From positions 29,136 through 93,135 of the IMG/VR virus record IMGVR_UViG_3300021164_001175: a stretch of 64,000 bases of DNA; one strand, given 5' to 3'. The DNA is from a virus. Lineage: Duplodnaviria > Caudoviricetes. The notes beneath the pieces were generated by a model. That model was given only the letters and a program-made list of their open reading frames with translations, ran no database searches and was not told the DNA's origin. A program made the position numbers and the translations under genes. Below, piece by piece: positions 37,501 to 49,300 of this stretch (within the stretch, counting starts at the first letter, position 1; the number at the start of each line of letters is the position of its first letter).

Positions 37501-38914
37501 CATTTACGCCGAGTCTTTGACCCTTTTTTACTTCAGGAATTTGTGCTGCTGCATTTGATGTCATAAGACCAATATCAAATCGAAGACCAAATTTTGCATC
37601 TGATATATTTGCATCAGGGTTCGTTATGTATGCCATTGCTTCAACGCCGCTTTGAAGTGGGTTCTCTCGTGGGTCATCTGAAATCATTCCGGTAAAATCA
37701 ATACTGTTGATTTCTTTTGCTACATGAGGGTCTCTGAGATATGTTTCAAGAACACGATTAAGAACACCTCTTTCCGTTGCTAAGACAGTCTTTTCTGTAA
37801 TTCCTTTTTTCTTTAAGAAATCGCGTTCGTCATCACTTAATGCCGCGAACTTGGCTTTGACATTAGAAAGGTCATTGGATATTTCGATATCCCATAGCCC
37901 CATTTCTTTGAGTTTGCGGAATGCCATGTGTAGGTGTAGGTTTTGGGCTCGTTCCTCTGGCGTTACGTCAATGCCAAGTTCTTTTATAAGGTTGTCAACA
38001 GCCCCTTCCATTTCCGCCATGCGAGCTTGACCACGTGTGCGAGCATTCTTGAGCCATCTTGCTTTTGGTCTTGCTAATTCTTCCCTATAGGACCTAGCGT
38101 CAAGTATGAAATTTCCAGATTCATCAAGAAGATGTCTTCTTCCAAATCCAGTTGCTCTCTGATGTTCCCACCAACCACCAAGGGACTCTAAACCTCTTTG
38201 TGCAATTGCCCTAATTTCTCCTGCGGACATAGCGAAGCATGTGCTTCCAAACTTGTCTGTAAATTGATTCGCTTGAGGCGTGCCCGGTGGGCACCGGAAT
38301 TTTCCCAAGTCGTCCACCACCACCTTGAATTTTTTTGCGGCTCTTTGCGCGAGACCACCAGTGGGATTACTTTCACGAATTGAGCGACCAATTGACTTTA
38401 CCGATTCAGCATTCTGTTCTTCAACTTCACGTTTGCTCAGTTTTCTTTTTGGTTCTCCATCTTTATCAACTTCGTATACATCAAGTGATACTTGTGGCTT
38501 TTCCATTTCAAGACGAACTGCCTCTTGAAAATTTGTTGCTGTAGTTGGTGTTGTTTTTTCAACCCAACCAAAGTTTGCATTTTTGTTTAAACCTTTTCTG
38601 ACACTCATCGGTGGGAAAAGGTTGAGTTCCATTCCCGGACCACCCACGGCAGAAGGGTCATATCTCCAACCATCTTGGTTCTTTATTCCGGGGAGTTCTT
38701 GTTCTTGTTCCTTCGGTTGTTTGTCTTGATTTTTTTGACCGACGGTCTTGCCAATTCCCTTAACCATGATTTCATCACTATTGGAGATTGACTTTACTGA
38801 AAGTTCAAGCCCTTGAATAAAATCAGCGACAGCTTCTTCCAACCTATTCTGGTCGTGCCCCATAGCACGCTGAGAGATGATAAACCGATTCATTCGCTGA
38901 TTATTGCTGTCCAT
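34592..38914 (-). CDS. 1,440-aa multidomain head-operon protein (zincin HExxH, ART-like remnant, DUF3626-like)
   Basis: AAHEIGH...IELSAE; RVMLPPG; DRPVSGY..YG..IELILRPEVSGRTAY; RCPPGTPQANQFTD. Confidence 0.75.
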   Translation of the reverse strand: MDSNNQRMNRFIISQRAMGHDQNRLEEAVADFIQGLELSVKSISNSDEIMVKGIGKTVGQKNQDKQPKEQEQELPGIKNQDGWRYDPSAVGGPGMELNLFPPMSVRKGLNKNANFGWVEKTTPTTATNFQEAVRLEMEKPQVSLDVYEVDKDGEPKRKLSKREVEEQNAESVKSIGRSIRESNPTGGLAQRAAKKFKVVVDDLGKFRCPPGTPQANQFTDKFGSTCFAMSAGEIRAIAQRGLESLGGWWEHQRATGFGRRHLLDESGNFILDARSYREELARPKARWLKNARTRGQARMAEMEGAVDNLIKELGIDVTPEERAQNLHLHMAFRKLKEMGLWDIEISNDLSNVKAKFAALSDDERDFLKKKGITEKTVLATERGVLNRVLETYLRDPHVAKEINSIDFTGMISDDPRENPLQSGVEAMAYITNPDANISDAKFGLRFDIGLMTSNAAAQIPEVKKGQRLGVNVEGAKTEEERAAAIADFVASQDMFAGGMAAAIAVDGRVGKGVHTAAHEIGHVIQMMQWKKVMRAKYSNKQLSEMTSQEIMNSMTELGDGIDMADLNVTLKSLEAVAILGGKYPLSEYEKDGITQLWAIELSAELYALRDMDIIQGDDVDAALEWMDRTAKAKDSTHRANTRKRQMALVEKEMSKPLMDGDRPDFPSDEDTPKTPKKPPTKFVGKKDADEFGKKTRRSSIKKLAEEEGGAIERIGDPVDTRVASLISANPAGDILAIHKDNKRLKRMGVIPDKFDINEGSVSEQVEHTLIPTLSALDKTKLPGNLVVRFQPKSTGGEGEILSIPDLRSFQLEHDDLGLPPGTVSIELGTDARGILVPSSPFDSSVDESGKFGRVMLPPGRIVITGTDADGRVTARLIDQETSSQSLQRMIDNWPAKGDSKFEDGILRREKASVQKLVDNHNEKIRASGGETLPDGRSNPILAREIRTNNTDIVDRVRRNGGKPTRPDREYVDGLASNADYASSGFDDALGPVSTPIERRIDRNNLFEKMLSDIQNSNFTENPQIAELIDPSSINEETLAQVEQMVFDLHDTIDRRPRVRTDSESILKDFDIDWADIKPFQPYDGSGRPEVLKESQRREWMDTFFSGSGMARKNAVEYHSRIGIHPDTPDKDRPVSGYVVHKSQRDMTVNALKKKGIVAGDMPFEYESENTPYGNIGADGDIELILRPEVSGRTAYGFGRGPDQQTRPVWMNSDDPDDIVDALLHPRGDNYQTRFANALISTEDNDLGSFLNTSSVRPPKSSADYEAGIDKFNADLSGQQPLGAHIMGGYKKEEISAVVHPWSKIQGSSKDVDISDAIQQEPISEKLSRLGFSPEEIQYFYSLNGNSLGSINTSAMQQLRAYRKSQEISDRYKKMGIPEVQFSHKHGMDMLSPRAYSLSNQDEGDVEDILRTRIQTEIDDELKAALKKIQKTRNELAEIKI

Positions 38915-38927
38915 TGGACTCGCTTAA

Positions 38928-40319
38928 TTAAATGTCTTGTGATTCGTCGCTGAGAAGTTGAAATTCAATAAGTGAGCGCTTGAATTCTTCGTCCTCGATA
39001 TTTGCAGCATCATCTTTCTGGCTCATCACCCAGCTTGAAGGGATTAGTTTTTCAAGACTTAGTGCTTTTGCGCGCTTCATGATATGACGCTTTGTCGCCT
39101 CTTTGTCTTTTGCTCTACCGAACGCTTGAATCGCATTCTTTAAATCGCCTTCGCCCTTGATTGGGTATGAACCATCCGGAAGAGCCAAGCCACTATTGGC
39201 AAGTTCTTCACGACTCTCGTCGGAGAATGCTCTCTTTAGTGCGATTTCAGCCGCTTCAGCCTCAATCTCTTCGGCTTCTTCTTGTTCGTACTTGTCGTAA
39301 CCAAGAACTTCGCCATCAAGAGAAACGAAAACGTCGTAAGACTTACCGTCAAGAGCTTCAATTTCAACCGCATACGAATCAATCCCTTCAAATGAATCCG
39401 GCTCAATACTAATAACTTCACCTTCAATTGACTTTGTGGCAATATCTCCGGCTTCGTCAAATGTTACAAGAAGTAATTGGTCTGACTTGGTTTGAATACT
39501 TCCATAACTGTCGGTCAAGCGATGACCATGAATCTGTCCGGTTGTTCCATTGATGAATACATCAAATGTTTTTCCATCTTTTCTCTGAACACCGACTACA
39601 TACATGTCTGCATTTGCGACGTAACCAGAATCAACGATTTCACCCTTGACTAGAGTCTGTGCATAACCCTCTGCATGCAATAGGGTCATCTGACCCTTTG
39701 TCCCCATGCAACCACCTGGGCACGTAGCGCATGCTGGTGTTCCGCCAGGATACACCTTGCTATCACTTGCGCACTTGTATCCGCCCGCACCTGCATCAAT
39801 GGATTTAATTCCCATCTGTGAAAGACGTGCTTGACGGAATTTTTGCATCATTCCAACTTCTTCGTCTTCAAGCAATTCTTCTTCTTCTTCTTCTGGCTCT
39901 TCCTCGGACTCATCTTCGTCAGCCATTTCGCCTTCAGCATTTTCTTCCGTTGCACGTGCACCCTCTGGCATTGACTCCTCGGTCTCTTCTTCTTCCTCTT
40001 CATAAGGAACTTCAGCAGTCTCGTCATCTTCTGTCATTGCATCTTCCATCGCGCGTGGGCGAGGCTTCTTTTTCTTTGGCTCGTCCATTGAAGCCATCGC
40101 CTCATCGGCGGCCTTCATGTCAAGAGCTTTTTGAAGCAAGTCGTACTCTTCGGCACGAAGAACTTTCATCTCAATTGGGAGTGCACCACATTTACCGCAT
40201 ACTGGCGAGCCAGCACTAAAGCCGCATTCTGCTGAGCCAAGTCCTTTTGCGCACTTAAGGACATTGCCCTCTGCATCAACACTGACACCGGTCACTTGAT
40301 TCGGGCTATTTGAGTCCAT
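38928..40319 (-). CDS. acidic head protein with PepSY-like repeats and an ALPDGSYPI domain (scaffold-like)
   Basis: E-rich tract; GEVISIE..YAVEI..DGKSYDVFVS.DGEVL; ALPDGSYPI..DLKNAIQAFGRAK. Confidence 0.7.
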   Translation of the reverse strand: MDSNSPNQVTGVSVDAEGNVLKCAKGLGSAECGFSAGSPVCGKCGALPIEMKVLRAEEYDLLQKALDMKAADEAMASMDEPKKKKPRPRAMEDAMTEDDETAEVPYEEEEEETEESMPEGARATEENAEGEMADEDESEEEPEEEEEELLEDEEVGMMQKFRQARLSQMGIKSIDAGAGGYKCASDSKVYPGGTPACATCPGGCMGTKGQMTLLHAEGYAQTLVKGEIVDSGYVANADMYVVGVQRKDGKTFDVFINGTTGQIHGHRLTDSYGSIQTKSDQLLLVTFDEAGDIATKSIEGEVISIEPDSFEGIDSYAVEIEALDGKSYDVFVSLDGEVLGYDKYEQEEAEEIEAEAAEIALKRAFSDESREELANSGLALPDGSYPIKGEGDLKNAIQAFGRAKDKEATKRHIMKRAKALSLEKLIPSSWVMSQKDDAANIEDEEFKRSLIEFQLLSDESQDI

Positions 40320-40396
40320 GAAACCAATCCTTTAGAAATTATTAATTTATAACACACTAGTATAACTCACTGTTTTATAGTGGATTAATGAAAGTG

Positions 40397-43300
40397 CTAT
40401 TCTGAACGGAACTTATCAAATTCTTCTGAACTAATTCCCAGCTTCTCCAGGAGCAGTTGTATCTGTGCTGGACTCATGGAAAGTGGGTTTCTCCCAGTTC
40501 CACTGCCAGAGGAGCGTGGATTGTTTATGAAGTTCTTTGCAGTAGAGATTGATGGGCGACGACCCGTGACTTCGGCAATTGCCTCAACCACTTGTTGTGG
40601 GAACCCTCTTTTGCCTCTAAGTGAGTCAAAAGCCTGATTACTAAAGACATCCGCCAGTGGCATGCTGTCGGTTCTTCTAACAGAAGTAGCAATTTCAGTT
40701 GCATCGCCGTATAGGTCAGAAGCCTTCTTCTTGGACTTCTTTGCCTTTAACAGAGCATCAACCTCTTCTGCGGTGATACCACGGCTCAGAATTCTCTTCC
40801 AAGTCGTTTCACCGAATATGTCAATGTTTTCCTTGATAATCGAATACCGTGAAGCATCCCTGTCAATTCCAACCTCTTCAAGAACTGCACTAGCGTCTAG
40901 GTAATTTCTTGAAACTGTTGACCTTGGGGCGCGGGTACCAGGGACATCTGGAGCCATATCACCAGTATCTGGGATGTTTGCTTCAATGTCTATTGGTTTG
41001 CCAGATTCGTCATAATACGAGAGTGGGTCTTTTCCTACGCCCCATAGATTTCTGTCACCATCAACTTGGATACGAAGCCTGTCAAGAAGGTAGACATCTC
41101 GTGTTCGTGCACCTGGCTTGCGCATCTTTCGCGCCACATCAACTGGCACGCCAAGTTCTGCGGCAAGTTGCTCGTCTGTCATGTTCTGTTTTCCGCCAAA
41201 CCTTCTGGCAGCACGATTAACGATTGGTTCAAATCCCCACGAGCGACCACCAGAACTCTCTTCACCAACGACGATGTCGCTTGGAAGGATGTCAATTGGT
41301 TCGCCTCGTGAACTAAACCCATACTCTGATGCATCTGGTCCGTTACGGCGTTTGCCTGGTCGCTTCTTGGAGCGCAATCTGTCTCCATCAACATAACTCT
41401 GTCTATCTTCAGGGGTCCAATTGGTTTTTGGCACACGTGGACGCTTTTTGTCACCACGGGAGGCAAGACCGCGCGTATTCCTGACGTATTGGTCACCCTG
41501 CCTGCGCAAAGTCATCCTGTTGAGTGCATCCCATTGCTTGTCTGACAGTTCGCCATTTCTGTCATACTGCCCAACGACACTTGTCGTAAACCTATTACCC
41601 ATTCTTCTGGCAATAGCGATAATTTCATTCTTCTCTTCTCGGCTGAGATTCATTCTGCTCGCAAAGCCATCTTCTGGAGATGGTCCTTCTGGCATCATGT
41701 CCTCTTGTTCCATCATGTAGTCTTGGGCGGCATCATAAGCCCAGTCCATTGCATCAAGTTCGTCTGGGTCCATTGAGTCCCCACCAGAAGCAAGACCGTT
41801 TTCATAGACTTGACCGTTTTCGTCAAGTAATGAACCAGTTTGTGGGTGGTCAAATGCTTGAGCCCATACAACCTTGTTGTCGTCACTCAGCATTGAAGGC
41901 TTTAATGATGCTTGGTATGAGGTTTCGCCGAGTTCGTCAGCATAAACATTGTCCCACTGACCAAGAACCCTTGTCTTTCCCTTGTCCTTGCCGCTAGTGA
42001 TGATTTGCTCCGCTCTTACGAAGTATGTATCGCTTCCGCCGTCGTAACCAACAATCACTTGCTGATTTCTATTTACTGGCAGAACCATCTCGTTATTGCG
42101 CTTCTTTGCTCGTGTCCCAGAGATTGCCATGAGATTTCCACGACCGATTTGGGAGAGTGCTGTTCTCATATCAAATTCACTTGGCTCGTATCCACCAGAT
42201 GTCGGCCAGTCCCCACGAGATGCAAGACCTTGAACGGAAACTACTGGGTTTCCAACAACGGCGATTTCCGGTGTTTCAAACTCAGCCTTTTCACCGTTAG
42301 AGAACTTGCTCTTTGCATTAGGTGAAATATCTAGGACATAGTTGACGGCCTTTTGGGCATCGGTCATTGCTTTTTCCAATGCCTCTGGGTCGTCCTTCAA
42401 CTTCTTCAACCAAGATGCGAGGTACGGTCCATGATTCTCTTGAATGTTTGGTTCGATGTTGTGCGAAGCCATGAACATTGCAGATGCAATTTCCGCTACG
42501 AGTTCTTCGTATGCATATTCAGGTGTTCCGAAGGTGCCCATTTGTTCTCTTCCGAGACGACCATTGCCACCAGTCCAGTGCATCAATTCATGTGCAACTG
42601 TTGAGTAGTAACTTCTCGCATCATTGAAGTTCTCAAAGTCTGGAACTTGAATAAAGTCGCCGCTTGGTTGGAAGAATGCCTTATCTCCACCATTTTTAAT
42701 AACAGCAGGAATCTCGGAAATAGTTTTCTCCAAGTCGGCAACTCTTTCTGCTTCTGGGAGAATTTCTTTCTTATCAAAATCATCAGGCATTCCATCAATT
42801 TGCTTAAGGTTGAATACCGTTGCAACCTTGAACATGATTCTTCCGTCAGTGGATGTACCATCGGCTTTTTCTTTGCCTTTAATAAACATCGGAACAAAGA
42901 TTGTCGTTCCCTTTTCGCCCTTGCGAACCTGACCGCCAAGACCCTGCCACTGGTTGTATGTTGCCCACTTGTTTGAATCAAACCCACGAGCATCAGCAAT
43001 TACGGACAGGAAGAACCAGTTTGAACCTGAATACTTTCTTCCAGTCGTGCCGTTTTCTGGCATTCCTGTTCTTCTCCATGGAAGCTTCCACTTACCAAGG
43101 TTTTCAGAATCTTCCAGTGCAGCAATGAGTTGTTTCTGCATTTCTGCAAAAACTTCTTCCTTGGTCTTTCTCTTTACACCGCTCTCTCCTCTTGAAGAAA
43201 ATCCACGAGGGGTCAGTCCAAAGACATCACCATCTGAATATCCTCCAAGAACCGAGAGCGGGTCAACTTTTGGGCGGTCGCCGCCGGTCTTTGGGGTGGA

Positions 43301-46300
43301 AGGATTTGGTTTTAGGCCAACGATTGTTCTGCGCTTTTCTTCAAGCTCAGTTGCTAATGCGGCCATCTCAAAGGCATCCATGTTCTTTGCAAACAGTTTT
43401 TCAAAATCGTCTTCAGATAGACCCAAATCAGCGAGCATTTCTTCAATTTTGTCTTCACTCAAACCTGGATTACTTCTTTCAAACATCTTTCGTGCCGACT
43501 CGTAATAGTCATCCTTGGCTTGCTTGAGGTTTCGTTCAAGGGCAATCAAATTTGCCTTTGCCTCTCCGTCGTAAAGTCTTCCTATTTCTTTGTCAATTTC
43601 TCCCACTGTTGCACCATCACGGTCCATTTGGTTAAAGTATGCGCGATTGTTATCAATCATGTCTTCGGCAACTCTTCTTTTTTGACCTGTTGTCATCTTG
43701 GACCACGGTATGGTATTGATTGATGGCTCATATTTCGCCGAATCATCCCAAGTTCCACCCCCAGCTGGTGGGAGAGCTCTGTCAAGAGCATTGAAGATTG
43801 AAGGATTATCATCAAGCGGTGTGTCAACAGACATGGCAGATTGATAATCTCCGTCTAGTCGTGATGTACTACGTGATGCAAAGCCCTGCCTATCGCTATA
43901 GTCGCCACTTTGTCTAGGTCTTTTCGGTTTATTCCGTCTTATGTTTATTTCACGCTGCAATGCATCAAATAGGAGTTCTTCGCTTCCAACTATGTCGGCT
44001 ATCTCCTCAACGGTGGATGGTGTGTCAAAACTTCCGTCATTTTGTTCATCCAATATTTCAAGTGCTCTATCATAAAGATTGATATAAGGAAGACCTTCCC
44101 CTATTTGCTCCATTGAAAGACCATATTCATCCGAAACGCCCTCTTCGGGGTCAATGCCTTCTGCAATGCTTTCTTCCATATCTCTTATGAATTTGTATCT
44201 AATGAAATCGGCCAGCTCTTCATCGGTTATTTCTTTGTCTGGAGTATAAGAATTTCCTTCTTTGCCCAACCACGCTAGTCTTTGACCAGTAACCCTCTTG
44301 CCAAACTGTTCCTGAACTTCGGGTGCAAAATATTGTTGTCCTCTAAATATTTCTTTAAGGATTGCTTTTTGTTCTTCTCTGTCTCCAGATTCAAGTGCAG
44401 ATTCAAGAGCAGCAAGCCTCTCACCACGTGAAGCGAATCCATCTTCAACCGAATAGTCCATCGGCTCGACATTGTCAAGCAGGAAACCTTCGTCGTCGTA
44501 ATCGCTTGGCTTTCGCTTTGGCTTAGAAGGCTTGGCAAATATTTTTGGACCGTAGAACTCAACCAGTTCGTCAATCCTTTGCTTTCGCTCTTCTGGGTCA
44601 GTGATTTCGGCAAGGGATTCTCTGTCATCAGAATGCATTCTTGAAGGAACAATCCTTTGACCAGTACTGCTCTCGTTGATTGATACACGAGAGGCGAATC
44701 CATCACGACCATTGCGTCGTGCATTCACCTTCTGAATATCACCAGTCGTGTATGCACGCTTGTTATAGTTTGTGGCCTTGCCATTTTCGTCAAGGTAGAA
44801 ACCGTTCTCGTTTGTGCGGTTTGTGATTTTTGGATTTGACCGCTCAGCTGGTTCTCCCATTGAGTAGAAAGCTGACTGAGGAATTGCTTCTTCTCTTCTA
44901 AAGTCAAAGTCATCTCGCACTCGGCGCAATGTTGCACCACGGCTATCTGATGCTTCAAGGTCATCAACTACTGATTGTGGGACATTTTCATAGATGTAGA
45001 ACTCGCCGGTTCCCTTGCCATCACGGCCACGATATTCAACGCGAAGTTCACGCTTATCTGGGTCGTACTGAACTCTGTTAAGTGCGGCGCTAGAGCCAAC
45101 ATCAACGTTTCTGTAACCCATTCCAAGCGACTCTGCTTGCATTTCCATCATTGCGATTTGACGGTCATCGTATGCTCGTGCTTTTGCATCAGCAGTGATT
45201 TCGTCAGCCGATGTTCCGCTTCCTGCATTGATTGCTGAATCTACTGCTCGTGTAAAGTAGCGACTCTGCTCGTCTGGCCCAATTTCGTTCCAATGCGAGT
45301 CAATCTGTGCCTCATATGAACCTTCACCAAGTTCTGCACTTGCATCTGCATCTCTATCGGTTCTGTCTGAGCCACTTGCCCTTCGTACCGACTTGGATGC
45401 CTTGATTTTGTTGATGACTTTGCCCTTTGAACTTGAACTAGCAAGTTCTTGAGCTTCGTCAGAAGTTACGCCTTCATAGATGTAACTTCCACCAGCATTG
45501 CCATCCTTGTCCTTGAAGGTAACAACCAGTTCTTGGCTATTCGGGTCATAGTAAGACTCGTAAAGAGCGGCACTTCTGCGAACATCAATGTCCTGAATTT
45601 TTGAACCACCAGATGCAGAGCCTTTGCCAGAATTTCCTAGTTCTAGGTTTTCCTGCATCCTAGAATAAGACTGCGCCACCTCTAGGCTGTCAAGACCTTC
45701 ATGTCTCATTACGTATTCAATTTTTGACTTTTCACCTGGGACAGGGGTCTCCCTGTATCCAACTGCATAATACGTGTCGCCTAGACCATATTCTTTACCA
45801 ACTTCATACTTGATTCCAGAAGCACCAGTGGTACTGGATTTGTCACCACTAGGACTAGGTTTCCAATTGCTTAGTGACAGCTTCTCCCTTGTTGGAGTAG
45901 AAGCAACTTCTCCACGACCGTTAATTGCATCAATCGTGCTTGAGTTTGTAATCTCAACATCATGATTTCTCTTGACATCATTGATTACTCGACCAATTGA
46001 ACTAGAACCTGCTACTTCGTTGTCAAAGTAATCAGGTGAAACATCGGAGTATGTGTAGTACCTTGCTTCTCCACCAGTTTGACCTGGCTTAAACGCAACA
46101 TGGAGTTCACGAGTTTTTCTGTCATAGTGAACTGCTTCAATTGCGCTTGAGTTTGGAGTCTCGACAGTGTCAAAGCGTGAACTGCCGCGTGATGCGAATC
46201 CACTCGTTGATTTACCACTGCTTGAGAAGAGTCTGTCTTCGGGGTAATCAGCATCGTAACCATCTACGCTTGGAATCTCATCAGTATCGTACTCTCGGTC

Positions 46301-49300
46301 TTTGTAATTATCTCTGGCAACAGATACTTCTCTTGAAACAAGAGCATCCAATAAATCATTGGCTTTTTCGTTTTCGCTTTCTTCACCAAGATTGATTAGG
46401 TCAAGAATCTTTTTCTTCTCATCTTGTGATTCCCACAATGAAGAGCCGTCAATATGCTCAAGATTGTCAATTTCCTCTACTCTTTTGGTGAGTTCGCTTA
46501 GGTCTGATTCAAGACCGCCTTCTCCGTCGTCGCCATAAAGGTTGATTAAATTTGATTCTAGGTCTTGAATTTTTGCCCATGTGTCGCTTGCTTCGTCAAC
46601 TTCGGACATTTTTGCGGTGCGATACTGGCGATTTCTTTCAAGCTTTTCTGTTGCTTCTTCAATTGCTCCATCTAGGCTCTCAAGAAGGTCGATGTCGTCG
46701 TCATCATCTGTTACGTCGTAAATTGTTGTATTGGAATCAATCTTTACGCCATTGGCGTCCGCAATTTCTCTAGCGATTCGACTGCGTGTCTCAATTAACT
46801 CTTTACGTTGTTGAAGCAGTGCGGTATGGCTGTCTTGTAGTCCACGTGAACTGTTGTCGTCTAATGATGGGACATCCAACAAGTCAGACACTTCTTCGTT
46901 GTACTCATCGGTTGATTTACGGCCACCACGTGAAGCAAATCCCTTTGGGCGTCGTTGAAGTTTCTCTACCTCGTCAAGGCTTACCTTGTTGTCGTCAATC
47001 TGAACGGATGACTTACTAAACTCATCTGCGAGTTCTGGGTCATTGTAATATTCAAATGGGTATTCTTCGCTTGCAATTGCAAGGTCCGACTCTTGGTTAA
47101 ATTCTGCTTTTTCATATTGAATTTTATCTAGGCGATTGCCATCTTTGTCGTGTGTGACGGCAATATTAATACTCCCAACCCTGTCAAAGCTGAATGATGG
47201 GGGATATTCATCGTTATCTATAATTTGATATTCTGGTCCATAACCTTGGACGATGACACCCCTTCTTCCATCGGAAAATGTAACCGTATGTCCAATAAAT
47301 TTTGCACCATCTTCGTGAGATTTGAAATCATCAGAGACTGGTTCATCAAAAGTTTGCTGAGGGTCGTTGTTCCTGCTGGTATTAAAATCTTGATACTCTT
47401 CGGCGCCGTATTCACGAATTTTTACTGGCTTAGAAGGCTTCTTGATTGCCTCGTCAATTGCGTCAGAGCCACGTGATGCAAAGCCCATATCACCAGCATC
47501 ACCAGCATCGTTGATGTCGGCAATTCTGTTGTTGACCTCATCCATGAATAGTTCCGGATTTTCGCTCTCCTGAAGTTCCAACCATTTTTCAATAGCTGTT
47601 TCACGGGCTAATTGCCTGTCGTAACCCTCGTCAAGGTATTCTTGGATGCGCTCTTTTTTATCTGGGAGTGCATCAAACATTTCGCCAACAACAGCGTCAT
47701 ACTGGTCTTGATAATCCATGGTGTCATCACCACGAGACCTAAAGCCGCTGCGGTTTTCTTTGTTTACCTGAGCCGTTTCCCATGCATCATAAATGCCACC
47801 AATGGTATCTTCTCCAGCCTCGTTATAGAATTCTTCTCTATCGATTTCATCAAGCTCATACCAGTTGTTAAGGGCATCTTCTGCAGTTGACCTGTCCCAA
47901 CCATATTCATCTTGAAGTTCTTGAACTCGTCGTTTATTAACGCGGTCTTCGTAGTATGCAGATTGAGCATCATCGCTGTAATCACTAATGCTCCGTGATG
48001 CAAAACCACTTCTGCTTTGTGGTTTGTTTTGTTCTCTCTGCAATGTGCCGATTAGCGCATCTGGTTTGTCATCAAATCCAGCTTTACGGACACGGTCGTA
48101 AGGAACATCTTTGAATGTTTCCTTTTTGCCATCTCTGTAGTAAACAGTGAGGTCACCATTTTGTGGGTCGTAATCAATCTGTCTTGCAAGTTTGGAATTT
48201 TTTGGGTCCATCTGCATTGCTACAGCGGTACGTGGCGGTTTCTGTCCTTCTGAAGCGGTTTCTCCGCGTGAACGGAAGCCTCCATCACGCCTAGCTTGCC
48301 TATCTGCTTCAACTTCTGCGTCATACTCTCGGCGCTGACGAGCAGTTACCGGAGGACCCTCACCTGTGAGGTAGGCATCTCTTGCTGCATCATATCCGTC
48401 GTCGCTGTCGTCGCCTTCATCGTCATATGGGCGACCCGAACCACGTGAACCAAATCCGCGCTGACGCTCGTTGTAATTATCCGCCGCTGCATCAAGGTAG
48501 TTGTCGTAGGCAAGAGCCATTGCATACAGCGAATCGCCGTCTGCTTCTTTTAGATACTCGTCATGGATTGCATCATTTTCAATCCAGTAGTCAGCAACTC
48601 TTTCTGCTTCATCCCTATCTGCACCGCTCCCCTTGAGCGCTTCAATTGATTCTTTTCTGAAGTCTGTTGCATATCCGTACTTATCTGGGTCCATTTCAAA
48701 GTCGTTTTGTGCATAATCCGAGTCCCAGTCTCGTGCTCCAGGACGTGGGCTTCCAGGATTGCTTTCATAATATGATTGCTCAATTATGCCTCTCTCGCTC
48801 TCAGAAAGCTCTTCGTATGACGACCACCATTTGCCGAGGTCGTTATTCTTTCCGGGAACATCAAGTCGGTCTCCGCGTGAAGCAAATCCTTCATCACGAT
48901 TATTCCGTTGCATTTCATGGAAATCAATTGCGGCTCCAGTGTAATTGAAGAGCACGCTACCTTTCGGAGTTGCTTCATCTTGGAGTCTTAATGCCTCGTC
49001 TCTATCTGAAGGGTCTGCTTCCAGCCAAGCATCCATGATTTCTGCTGCTTCGTACTCATCAAAGCCAAAATTCTCTTGCAACTCGTCAAACATGTCAGCT
49101 GCTGGACCGAATGCTGATTCAAAATCTGGGTCACCTTCATAGTCGCTACGTGTAGGGGTGAAGCGTGGTCCTTTTGGAGTTGTTTCTCCGCGTGAAGCAA
49201 ATCCGTTACTCCGACCAGATACATAGCTGTTGAGGTTTTTTAGAACATCATTGATTGCATTTCGCTCGTTTGTCGTTGTGTTGTTTCTCGCCTTATAGAG

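Noticed and set aside
40356-40390. Sixth late-promoter copy upstream of the 463-aa gene
   Set aside because: TTAATCCAC-N20-TAGTGT deviates in both spacing and sequence, so it was not counted.
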